A DNA stretch of 28,236 nt from Myxococcota bacterium (lineage in GTDB: Bacteria; Myxococcota; XYA12-FULL-58-9; JALHOP01), in contig JBGGMJ010000096.1 in assembly GCA_041288095.1 (NCBI GenBank), positions 1-28,236 of the forward strand, written 5' to 3'. This document shows positions 18,857 to 28,236 of the stretch, one piece after another. The translations under genes and the position numbers were made by a program. Every line of letters starts with the position of its first letter. The first letter of the stretch is position 1. The notes under the pieces are model-generated. The model worked only from the letters and a program-made list of their open reading frames with translations. It made no database searches and was not told the DNA's origin.

Positions 18857-19904
18857 CCTCGTCACCATCGCGGCGCTCGCCTGGACGAGCGCCAAAGCGG
18901 ATTACGCGTGGCGCTTCCCCGACGATCATTGGGCGCACCCGGGCTACAAGACCGAGTGGTGGTATTTCACGGGCCACACCGGCCGGTTTGCCTATCAGTT
19001 CACGATGTTCAAGGTCGGCCTCTCCGAGACGCCAGTCACCGGCAGCACCTGGTCCACCGAGGCGCTCGTCATGGGTCACGTCGCCGTGACTGATCTCGAG
19101 AGTGGTGAGCACCGCTTCGCGGAGGTCATCCAGCGCGTGCAGCCGGAGCTTGCGGGCTACGGCGCCTATCCCGAGTCGCGAATCATCTGGTGTCGCGGCC
19201 CGGCGGGGACGGCGGAGTCATGGGAGCTCGCATGGAAGGAGAATGGCTTCGTCTTTCACGCCCGCGATAGCAGACAAGCTTTCGCGATGGAGCTTGCGAC
19301 TCACGAGGCCAAGCCGCTGGTGTTCCAGGGAGCGAACGGCCTGTCCCGCAAAGGACGCGGCGAGGAGGCGGCGAGCCTTTACTACAGTCAGACGCGCCTT
19401 GCGACCCGGGGGACCATCGAGCTCGACGGCAAGCGGTATGAGGTCACCGGCGAGAGCTGGATGGACAAGGAATTCGGCTCGAACCTGCTCGGCGAAGGCC
19501 AGGTGGGCTGGGATTGGTTCAGCCTGCAGCTCGATGACCAGCGTGAGCTGATGCTCTACGTCTTGCGGCGCGCCGACGGTGGCGTCGACTGGGCTAGCGG
19601 TACGCTGGTCGACCGCGACGGCAAGGCGACCTATCTCGGCCGCGATGACTTCTCGGTCACCGCGAGCGGCTCATGGGAGAGCAAGGCGAGCAGGGCGCGA
19701 TACCCGACGCATTGGACCGTGGTCGTGCCCGCGCATGGGCTCGCCCTCGACATCGACGCCAAGGCCAAGGCTCAAGAGAACGTGAGCAAGGCGCTGCCAA
19801 AGCTCTTCTATTGGGAGGGCGCGGTCGAAGTGCGCGGCAGCGCGTCCGGGCGCGGTTTCGTCGAGCTCACTGGGTACGGTACGAGCTTGAAGCCGGCGCT
19901 TTGA
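18843..19904 (+). CDS. Exported lipocalin-like / CrtC-AttH family protein
   Basis: FPDDHWAHPGYKTEWWYFTG, ASLYYSQTRL, SWMDKEF, GWDWFSLQL, YWEGAV, GFVELTGY. Confidence 0.92.
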   Translation: MTISSLVTIAALAWTSAKADYAWRFPDDHWAHPGYKTEWWYFTGHTGRFAYQFTMFKVGLSETPVTGSTWSTEALVMGHVAVTDLESGEHRFAEVIQRVQPELAGYGAYPESRIIWCRGPAGTAESWELAWKENGFVFHARDSRQAFAMELATHEAKPLVFQGANGLSRKGRGEEAASLYYSQTRLATRGTIELDGKRYEVTGESWMDKEFGSNLLGEGQVGWDWFSLQLDDQRELMLYVLRRADGGVDWASGTLVDRDGKATYLGRDDFSVTASGSWESKASRARYPTHWTVVVPAHGLALDIDAKAKAQENVSKALPKLFYWEGAVEVRGSASGRGFVELTGYGTSLKPAL

Positions 19905-19922
19905 TCAGGCATGGCCATGGCC

Positions 19923-21011
19923 ATGGCACGACGCGCTCACAATTTCTCTGCTGGTCCCGCTGCGATTCCTCTCGAGGTGCTCGAGAAAGTCCAAGCCGAG
20001 CTCCTGGATTTCAAGGGCACCGGCATGTCGGTCATGGAGATGAGCCACCGCGACAAGCCTTACGAGGCGGTCCACAACGAGGCCATCGCCAACCTCAAGA
20101 CCCTGCTCAATCTGGGCGACGACCACGCCGTGCTCTTCATGGGTGGCGGCGCCCGCACGCAGTTCGCGCTGGTGCCGATGAACATCCTGCCGAAAGGCGG
20201 CTTCGCCGAATACGCCGTTACCGGTGTCTGGGCCGAAGGCGCCGTCAAAGAGGGCAAGAAGCTCGGGGACGTGCGCGAGAATTTCTCGTCGGCGGCGAGC
20301 AAGCACAACCACGTGCCGAAGCAGGGGAGCCTCGCGGTCGACCCCAAGGCCGCTTACTTCCACTACACGTCGAACAACACGATCTACGGCACCCAGTACC
20401 ACTATGTCCCCGATAGCGGACAGGTGCCTTTGGTCTGTGACATGTCGAGCGACATCCTGTCGACCTCGGTCGACGGCTCGAAGTTCGGCCTCATTTACGC
20501 GGGCGCCCAGAAGAATATCGGCCCCTCGGGCGTGACGGTGGTCGTCGTGCGCAAAGACCTGCTCGCGCGCTCGGACAAGGCGCTGCCCGAGATGTTCAAC
20601 TACGCGCTCATGGCCGAGCACAACTCGCTCTTCAATACGCCGCCGTCGTTCGCCATCTACATGTGCGCGCTGACCACCAAGTATCTCATCGACAAGGGTG
20701 GGCTCACGGCGATGGCCAAGGTCAACGCGACCAAAGCCAAGAAGATCTACGACACCATCGACGGCTCGGGCGGCTTCTATCGCGGACACGCGCAGACCGA
20801 GAGCCGCTCGTCCATGAACGTAACGTTCCGTCTCCCGAGCGAGGAGCTCGAGGCGAAATTCGTCAAGGAGTCCGTCGCGGCCGACCTGGTCGGGCTCAAA
20901 GGCCACCGTAGCGTCGGCGGCCTACGCGCCTCGATCTACAATGCGGTGCCCGTGACCGCGGTGGACGCGCTCGTCGACTTCATGCGCGACTTCCAGAAGA
21001 AGTCGGGCTAG
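19923..21011 (+). CDS. serC: Phosphoserine aminotransferase
   Basis: NFSAGPA, SVMEMSHR, NNTIYG, CDMSSD, PLP lysine in YAGAQKNIGP, GHRSVGGLRASIYNA. Three in-frame ATGs (19911/19917/19923). Confidence 0.98.
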   Translation: MARRAHNFSAGPAAIPLEVLEKVQAELLDFKGTGMSVMEMSHRDKPYEAVHNEAIANLKTLLNLGDDHAVLFMGGGARTQFALVPMNILPKGGFAEYAVTGVWAEGAVKEGKKLGDVRENFSSAASKHNHVPKQGSLAVDPKAAYFHYTSNNTIYGTQYHYVPDSGQVPLVCDMSSDILSTSVDGSKFGLIYAGAQKNIGPSGVTVVVVRKDLLARSDKALPEMFNYALMAEHNSLFNTPPSFAIYMCALTTKYLIDKGGLTAMAKVNATKAKKIYDTIDGSGGFYRGHAQTESRSSMNVTFRLPSEELEAKFVKESVAADLVGLKGHRSVGGLRASIYNAVPVTAVDALVDFMRDFQKKSG

Positions 21012-21415
21012 TCGCCCGCTTGGGCTGTCTTCCACGCTTGGTCGAGCCGGGCGCGTTCCGCCTCGGGTAGCGCCGCGCGCACCTTTTGCAGATAGGCGCC
21101 GACGCGTTTGGCGACCCAGTCGGAGAACGCCTTGGCGCCGTCGGTTTCGGGCAGCGGCTTGATCGTCGTGTCGCACTGACTGATGAGCAGCATGCGGTCT
21201 TTCGGGTCGACGCTGCCCAAGGCCTCGAGCACTTCCTTGCAGTCGCCGGCGCACGCCGTGGCCTCGACGCACAAGCTACCGAGGAGCACCAAGCGAATGT
21301 CGGCGGGAGCGGCCGCGATGCTCTCGATGCCTTCGAGAGTTTCCATGGCTTCTTTCTTCGACACCCCACAACCGGCGACGAGCGCGAGCAGCAGGGCGAG
21401 CATCATGTTGCGCAT
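21008..21415 (-). CDS. Hypothetical lipoprotein (135 aa)
   Basis: Lipobox LVAG-C and four further Cys. Starts 9 nt after the persulfide dioxygenase stop. Confidence 0.75.
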   Translation of the reverse strand: MRNMMLALLLALVAGCGVSKKEAMETLEGIESIAAAPADIRLVLLGSLCVEATACAGDCKEVLEALGSVDPKDRMLLISQCDTTIKPLPETDGAKAFSDWVAKRVGAYLQKVRAALPEAERARLDQAWKTAQAGD

Positions 21416-21424
21416 GCGCGAGCC

Positions 21425-22114
21425 TTAGCCCATCGGCACGTTGCCGCACAAACGGTTCGCGGGCACCGCCTTGTCGATGAGCTTCGGTGGCGGCAGGTTC
21501 AAGCCGCGCATGATGGCCGCGAACTCGGCCATCGATTTGCCGGCAAGGCGCGGATTGAAGCGACGTTCCTCGCCGATGGTCGTGACCGTGAGACCTTTGT
21601 AATCGTGTGCTGGAAACACTTGGGTGGTGTCCGGCAAAGCGAACAAGACCTCGGTGATCGACTTGTAGAGCGTTTCCGGATCGCCGTTTTGGAAGTCGGT
21701 GCGTCCGCAGCCGCGGACGAGCAGGGCGTCGCCGGTGAAGACGCGGTCGTTCAGCACATAGGACAAGCTGTCGTCGGTGTGGCCCGGGGTGGCGAGCGCT
21801 CGGATGGTGATTCCCCCGACCTGCAGCGGCTCGCCATGCTTGAGCTTGCGATCGGCGCAGACAGCGCCACGCTCCGATGAAACCGTGGTCGCCCCGGTCC
21901 TGCTCTTCAGGACCGACGCGGCGGTGACGTGGTCGGCATGCACGTGGGTATCGAGCACGTGCGAGAGGGTGAGCCCCAGGTCATGGATTTGCTCCAGGTC
22001 GCGGTCGGCGAGCTCGAGCACCGGGTCGATGAGCACGGCTCGGCCCGAGGCCTGATCTCCCAGCAAATACGTGTACGTCGAGCTGGTGGTGTCGAACAGC
22101 TGGCGGAATATCAA
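21425..22114 (-). CDS. Persulfide dioxygenase (ETHE1-like MBL-fold), stand-alone
   Basis: IFRQLFD..SSTYTYLL, THVHADH, ATPGHT, FTGDALLVRGCGRTDFQ, PAHDYKG, AVPANRLCG. TTG start with GGAGG. Confidence 0.93.
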   Translation of the reverse strand: MIFRQLFDTTSSTYTYLLGDQASGRAVLIDPVLELADRDLEQIHDLGLTLSHVLDTHVHADHVTAASVLKSRTGATTVSSERGAVCADRKLKHGEPLQVGGITIRALATPGHTDDSLSYVLNDRVFTGDALLVRGCGRTDFQNGDPETLYKSITEVLFALPDTTQVFPAHDYKGLTVTTIGEERRFNPRLAGKSMAEFAAIMRGLNLPPPKLIDKAVPANRLCGNVPMG

Positions 22115-22129
22115 GACACCCTCCAGTCT

Positions 22130-22153
22130 AATCTTGACAGGTTAGTCCACTTT
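22130..22153. promoter_or_regulatory. Putative Rrf2 operator overlapping a TTGACA -35 element
   Basis: TTGAC-AGGTTA-GTCCA imperfect palindrome (22134-22149) in the 57-bp divergent intergenic region. Confidence 0.5.
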
Positions 22154-22171
22154 CCGTAGGGAGCCGCCCCG

Positions 22172-22641
22172 ATGCATCTCTCGGCCCAAGAAGAGTACGG
22201 ATTACGCTGTCTTGTCCAGGTGGCAAGGCGGGGTCATTCCGGCCCCGTCGGCATCGCCGAGGTCGCCGACGCCGAAGGGCTATCGTCGGACTATACGGCG
22301 AAGCTCCTGCGGGTCTTGCGTCAAGGAGAGCTGCTGAACAGCACGCGCGGCGCGGCGGGCGGTTACGTGCTGGCCCGTCCCGCGGCCGAGATCAGCGTCT
22401 GGCAAGCGATCGAGATCTTGGGCGGCCCACTGTTCTCCGAGAGCCTTTGCGATTCTCACGCCGGGCTCAAGACCGACTGCGTCCATACCGGCGGCTGCTC
22501 GATGCGCAGCATGTGGACCTGGCTCGGCGGCGCGGTGAAAGACGCCCTGTCGGGTATCAGTCTCGCCGACCTTCTGAACACCGAGACCGCCATGAGCCAG
22601 CGCCTAGAGCTGGTTTCACTCCGCGGCGCGCGAGCCCACTC

Positions 22642-22645
<4 letters not shown>
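22172..22645 (+). CDS. Rrf2 family transcriptional regulator (IscR/SufR-like, three Cys)
   Basis: [24 protein letters not shown]9-C-X5-C. First gene of the suf operon. Confidence 0.93.
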
Positions 22646-24084
<1,439 letters not shown>

Positions 24085-24086
24085 TC

Positions 24087-24839
24087 ATGTTGATCATCAA
24101 CGATTTGCACGCGCGTGTCGAAGGTAAGGAAATTCTTCGCGGCGTGAACCTCATCGTGAAGCCCGGCGAAGTCCACGCCATCATGGGCCCGAACGCCGCG
24201 GGCAAGAGCACGCTCGCCAAAGTCCTTGCCGGCCGCGAGGAATACGAAGTCACCAAGGGGACGGTTACGCTCGACGGCAAGTCGTTGCTCGATCTCGCGC
24301 CCGAGGAACGCGCCCGCGAAGGCGTGTTCATGTCGTTCCAGTACCCAGTCGAGATCCCCGGTGTCACCAACGCCTACTTCATGCGCTCGGCGCTGAACGC
24401 GCTGAAGAAGCACCGTGGGGAGCCGGAGGTCGACGCCGGCACCTTCCTCAAGCTCGCTCGCGAGAAGATGAAGCTCGTCGCGATGGACGAGAAGATGCTC
24501 AACCGCGCGGTCAACGAAGGCTTCTCCGGCGGTGAGCGCAAGCGCAACGAGATCTTCCAGATGGCGATGCTCGATCCGAAGCTCGCGATCCTCGACGAGA
24601 CCGACAGCGGCCTCGATATCGACGCCTTGCGCATCGTCGCCAACGGCGTGAACGCTCTGCGCTCACCGGATCGCGCTCTCATCGTCATCACCCACTATCA
24701 GCGTTTGCTCGACTACCTGGTGCCGGACATCACGCACGTTCTCTTGGACGGACGTATCGTCAAGACCGCGGGCAAGGAGCTGGCGCTCGAGCTCGAGCAG
24801 CGCGGTTACGAGTGGCTGCAGCAGGGAGCCCGAGCGTGA
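24087..24839 (+). CDS. sufC: Fe-S cluster assembly ATPase SufC
   Basis: HAIMGPNAAGKST, FQYPVEIPGV, VNEGFSGGERKRNE, LDETDSGLDIDAL, ITHYQRLL. Confidence 0.98.
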   Translation: MLIINDLHARVEGKEILRGVNLIVKPGEVHAIMGPNAAGKSTLAKVLAGREEYEVTKGTVTLDGKSLLDLAPEERAREGVFMSFQYPVEIPGVTNAYFMRSALNALKKHRGEPEVDAGTFLKLAREKMKLVAMDEKMLNRAVNEGFSGGERKRNEIFQMAMLDPKLAILDETDSGLDIDALRIVANGVNALRSPDRALIVITHYQRLLDYLVPDITHVLLDGRIVKTAGKELALELEQRGYEWLQQGARA

Positions 24840-26158
24840 ACGCAGTCGCGCACTACACGTCCGCCTTCGCGGGCAGCGAGAGCGGCCTGCCGGGGAGCGC
24901 GGTTCCGTGGCTCGCCGAAAAGCGACGGGCAGCGATGGCGCTGCTGTCGTCGGGCGGCTTTCCGACCACGCGCGACGAGGCCTGGCGTTACACCGACGTC
25001 GGCCAGCTGCTCACCGTGCCGTTCGCGCCGGCGAAGAGCAGCGCGGCGGACCGGGCCGCGAGTCTCGCCGAGACCACCGGCCTTACCGATGCCTACCGCT
25101 TGGTCTTCGTGGACGGCGTGTACATCGCGGAAGCGTCGCTTCTTGCGGGCCTGCCTGACGGCGTCGTCGTCACCAACCTCGCTCATGCCCTGGGCTCGCG
25201 CGCCGAGCTCGTGCGCGCTGCTTTCGGCAAGGTCGTCGATGCGTCCCGTCATGGTTTCGCGGCTCTCAACACCGCCATGGTGAGTGACGGCGCGGTCGTC
25301 GTCGTGCCGCGTGGGGTGCGCGTCGACAAACCGATCGAGCTACTCGTGATCGCGAGCAACCAGGTGCAGCCCGTGGGCGCGCATCTGCGCAATTTGATCC
25401 GCGTCGAAGCGAACGCCGAAGTCACGGTGGTCGAGCATTACTTGGGCGACGGCAACGCCGTGTCGTTCACCAACAGTGTGACCGAGGTGACGCTCGCGGA
25501 GGGCGCCGGTCTCACGCACGTGAAGGTCCAGCGTGAAGGGCAGAGCGCCTTCCACGTCGCGACGATCGCCTGCGAGCAGGCCCGCGGCTCGCGACTCTAC
25601 TCGTGCTCCGCCGCGGCGGGCAGCGCGCTGGCTCGCACCGAGATCACGTCGGCGCTGCTCGGCGAAGGCGCGGACGCGCAGCTCTTCGGTGCGTACGTGG
25701 CCCGAGGTCGCCAGCTCGTCGATCACACGACCTTCCTCGATCACGCGGTGCCGCGCTGCACCAGCAACGAGCTCTACAAGGGCGTGCTCGGCGACATGTC
25801 GCGCGGCGTGTTCAACGGCAAGATCCTCGTCCGCAAAGACGCACAGAAGACCGCGGCCTTCCAGAGCAACCGCAACGTGTTGCTGTCCGACAGCGCCGTC
25901 GTCGACACCCGCCCGCAGCTCGAGATCTACGCCGACGACGTCAAGTGTAGCCACGGCGCCACCATCGGCCGACTCGACGAAGAAGCGCTCTTTTACCTGC
26001 GTGCTCGTGGCATCGGGCGCGCCGCGGCTCAGCGCATCCTCACGCAGGCATTCGCCGGCGAAGTCGTCGACAGCATCGTGCATCCGGGCATTCGCGCCCT
26101 GGTCAGTACGGTCGTCGACGAGGCGTTGACCCGCGCTCTCGCTGGAGGCGTGTCATGA
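24836..26158 (+). CDS. sufD: Fe-S cluster assembly protein SufD
   Basis: FPTTRDEAWRYT, GVFNGKI..AQKT, PQLEIYADDVKCSHGATIG, LFYLRARGI. GTGA overlap. Confidence 0.97.
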   Translation: MNAVAHYTSAFAGSESGLPGSAVPWLAEKRRAAMALLSSGGFPTTRDEAWRYTDVGQLLTVPFAPAKSSAADRAASLAETTGLTDAYRLVFVDGVYIAEASLLAGLPDGVVVTNLAHALGSRAELVRAAFGKVVDASRHGFAALNTAMVSDGAVVVVPRGVRVDKPIELLVIASNQVQPVGAHLRNLIRVEANAEVTVVEHYLGDGNAVSFTNSVTEVTLAEGAGLTHVKVQREGQSAFHVATIACEQARGSRLYSCSAAAGSALARTEITSALLGEGADAQLFGAYVARGRQLVDHTTFLDHAVPRCTSNELYKGVLGDMSRGVFNGKILVRKDAQKTAAFQSNRNVLLSDSAVVDTRPQLEIYADDVKCSHGATIGRLDEEALFYLRARGIGRAAAQRILTQAFAGEVVDSIVHPGIRALVSTVVDEALTRALAGGVS

Positions 26159-26691
26159 GCGACGATCTCCTTTCGCGGATGACCCCAGTGGCCCTCGAGG
26201 AACCACGCGCCGTCGGCCACGACGCGGAGCCCCGCCGTGATGGTGAGCCGCGCCGCAACGCCTTCGGTGTACCGATCATCGAGGAAGAGCCCATGCGTGG
26301 CGGACCCGTCGGCATGGTCACCGACAGCGTCCACGCACCCGGCGAGCCCGCGCCCAAACACGAGGTCATCCTCGTCGGCGGTACGCCCGAGATGCGCTCC
26401 AGCATCGTCGAGGCCTTGAAGACGATCTACGACCCCGAGATCCCGGTGAACATCTACGAGCTGGGCTTGGTCTACAACATCGTCATCGACGAGGCGGGGA
26501 GCGCCCTCATCCGCATGACGCTGACCTCGCCTGCCTGCCCGGTCGCCGGTTCGTTGCCGCCCGAAGTCGAGCAGAAAGTCGCGACCGTCGACGGCGTGAC
26601 CTCCGCTAAGGCCGAGGTGGTCTGGGAGCCGCCGTGGACTCCCGACAAGATGAGCGACGAGGCGAAGCTCCAGCTCAACCTGCCGTACTAG
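26155..26691 (+). CDS. sufT: SufT / DUF59 Fe-S assembly protein with N-terminal extension
   Basis: LKTIYDPEIPVNIYELGLVY, MTLTSPACPVAG, VWEPPWTPDKMSDEAKL. ATGA overlap with sufD. Confidence 0.9.
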   Translation: MSDDLLSRMTPVALEEPRAVGHDAEPRRDGEPRRNAFGVPIIEEEPMRGGPVGMVTDSVHAPGEPAPKHEVILVGGTPEMRSSIVEALKTIYDPEIPVNIYELGLVYNIVIDEAGSALIRMTLTSPACPVAGSLPPEVEQKVATVDGVTSAKAEVVWEPPWTPDKMSDEAKLQLNLPY

Positions 26692-26694
26692 CCA

Positions 26695-26742
26695 GGGACA
26701 TCATCCATTTTTCGCTTCGAAAAATGGTTGGTGTCCCCATTT
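26695..26742. repeat. AT-rich 20-bp inverted repeat (REP-doublet-like and/or terminator) after the suf operon
   Basis: GGGACATCATCCATTTTTCG-CTT-CGAAAAATGGTTGGTGTCCC, 18/20 Watson-Crick pairs. The right arm extends as AAATGG...CCATTT. Confidence 0.7.
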
Positions 26743-26796
26743 AAAGTCGTGAATATCCCCGACGTCGCCGCCGTCATGGGCGGTCCATAGGGGGAT

Positions 26797-27597
26797 ATGA
26801 TGCGTTACGCCCAATTGCTGATTGCCGCCGCCGCGGTGTCCTTGGTCGCCTGCCGCGACAAATGGGACGTGAAGAACTACGCGGAGAACCTCGCCGAAGC
26901 GCAGTGCGCCAAAGCGTACGACTGCTGCACCGAAGCCGAGATCGAGGCAAGCGAGCAACAGAGCTACGGCGTCAACGAAGGCGATTGCGTCGACGAGACC
27001 ACGGATGTGCTGAACTTCAAGGAGGGGCAGATCCAAGAGGGCGTCGACGAGGGCCGACTCGAGTACAAAGGCACGGTGCTCGAGCGCTGTCTTGCAAACT
27101 ACGCCGCGCTGTCGTGCGCCGACCTCAAGAGCAAGTCGACCGCGCTGGCCGCCGAGTGCGGCACGTTCCTCATTCCCAAGGTCGACGAAGGCGGAACCTG
27201 CAAAATCGACGAGGAATGTCTGAGCGGTTATTGCTTCCGCGCCAACGACGATGACGACGAAGGCAGCTGCCAGCCGTTCGCGGCCGAGGGCACGAGTTGC
27301 GGTGGCGCTCAATGTGGCCCGGGTTACTACTGCGGCGGCACCTGCGTGCCCACCAAAGCGGACGGTCTGGCGTGCCGCAACAACTACGAATGCGCCACGG
27401 GCGGTTGCAACGGCTACGACGCCGACACCGGTACTGAGGGTACGTGCGGCCCCATGGGCGGCGCTGGCACCCAGTGTTTCATCACCAAGGGATGCGCTGC
27501 GGCGCCGCCGCACATCTTCGCGGCGCTCGCGGTCATCCTGTTGCTCTGGCGCGGTCGGGTAGCGCGGTCACGGGAGCGTGTCGTTTCGACTCAGTGA
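26797..27597 (+). CDS. Cys-rich lipoprotein with C-terminal MYXO-CTERM-like sorting signal
   Basis: Lipobox SLVA-C, 22 Cys including repeated C-x4/5-C-x4/5-C modules, and C-terminus GCAAAPP + hydrophobic helix + Arg-rich tail. Confidence 0.8.
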   Translation: MMRYAQLLIAAAAVSLVACRDKWDVKNYAENLAEAQCAKAYDCCTEAEIEASEQQSYGVNEGDCVDETTDVLNFKEGQIQEGVDEGRLEYKGTVLERCLANYAALSCADLKSKSTALAAECGTFLIPKVDEGGTCKIDEECLSGYCFRANDDDDEGSCQPFAAEGTSCGGAQCGPGYYCGGTCVPTKADGLACRNNYECATGGCNGYDADTGTEGTCGPMGGAGTQCFITKGCAAAPPHIFAALAVILLLWRGRVARSRERVVSTQ

Positions 27598-27658
27598 GTC
27601 TTTTTGCACGATTGTGCCGGTGACCGCTTCGTAGCACTGATGGGAGCGGTCCCGGCGC

Positions 27659-28236
27659 ATGAAGCTCACCGTCAAGCTCACGTTGTTTCTGCTCGTCATC
27701 ATTGCCGTCGTCCTCGGCATCGATGCCATCGTGCGCTTCCGCCACGAGGTTGCGCTCTTTCGTGGTACACGCGCCGAGGAGCACGAGCGCGTGGGCATGG
27801 CCGTGGCGCGGATGATCGCCGGTGTCTACGCCTACGAAGGCCTCGACGAAGCCCGGCGCGTCCTCGACGAAGCGGCGCGCCGCAGTCAGCCCATTCGCAT
27901 GGCGTGGGTTTGCCGCGACGGGGTTACAGCGCTGCTCATCCCCGGCGCCTGTGCCCGCTTGCAGGAGGCGCCGATCGCGGACGCCAAAGCGGACGACGAG
28001 CCGGCCGACCTCCTCGCCGCGACGGTCGGTGAGCGCTACGTCACTTATGTGCCGCTGCGCGCCGCCAACGATCAGTGGCTCGGCGCTCTCGAGCTCTCCG
28101 AGCCGGTGACGCGCGAGCGGCGCTTCGTGGGCCGCATCGTCTGGAACACCGTCGCCGCGATGGTGGCGGTCGGCTCGGCGTGCGTCCTCGCGTCCTTCAT
28201 CCTCGGCACGTGGCTCGTGGGCCGGCCGATCGAGCG
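27659..28236 (+). CDS. Partial (3'-truncated) membrane sensor, probably a HAMP-domain histidine kinase
   Basis: My translation, absent from the track because there is no stop in the window: MKLTVKLTLFLLVIIAVVLGID... periplasmic region ...WLGALELSEP... second TM ...FILGTWLVGRPIE (HAMP-like entry). No kinase domain is visible in the window. Confidence 0.7.
   Translation, partial: MKLTVKLTLFLLVIIAVVLGIDAIVRFRHEVALFRGTRAEEHERVGMAVARMIAGVYAYEGLDEARRVLDEAARRSQPIRMAWVCRDGVTALLIPGACARLQEAPIADAKADDEPADLLAATVGERYVTYVPLRAANDQWLGALELSEPVTRERRFVGRIVWNTVAAMVAVGSACVLASFILGTWLVGRPIE

Noticed and set aside
18843..19904. Carotenoid biosynthesis cluster
   Set aside because: The CrtC-like gene is in the ABC-transporter (AttH) context, with no crt genes in the window.
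19911..19928. ATGGCC tandem repeat at the serC start as a regulatory element
   Set aside because: Only three in-frame 6-nt units; it just makes the start ambiguous.
24180..24212. Inactive SufC because Walker A reads GPNAAGKST
   Set aside because: It still fits GxxxxGKS/T, and the other ATPase motifs are intact.

Overview
GC-rich bacterial chromosomal window, probably from a Myxococcota/deltaproteobacterium (inferred from a MYXO-CTERM-like Cys-rich lipoprotein and the gene style). Most genes are housekeeping: rmuC; a metK-CoA Nudix-manC-(two small exported proteins)-PMM/PGM-ROK kinase run; exported msrA; an AidB-like acyl-CoA dehydrogenase; transketolase broken by one in-frame TAA; a membrane protein plus an AttEFGH-like ABC/lipocalin module; serC; and a persulfide dioxygenase head-to-head with an Rrf2-sufBCD-sufT operon that has no sufS/sufU/sufE. 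The window ends with a Cys-rich lipoprotein and the 5' part of a probable membrane sensor. The best candidate for an undescribed system is a ~640-bp cassette directly after rmuC. It holds a lone, oppositely oriented four-helix-bundle (23S rRNA-IVP/Avd-like) gene with atypical codon usage. The gene is flanked by TCGGCAA-type heptamer arrays (clear on the right, degenerate on the left) and by stem-loops, one of which covers its Shine-Dalgarno. No rRNA, tRNA, CRISPR array, transposase or reverse transcriptase was seen. All family calls come from motif recognition by eye; no searches or folding programs were run.
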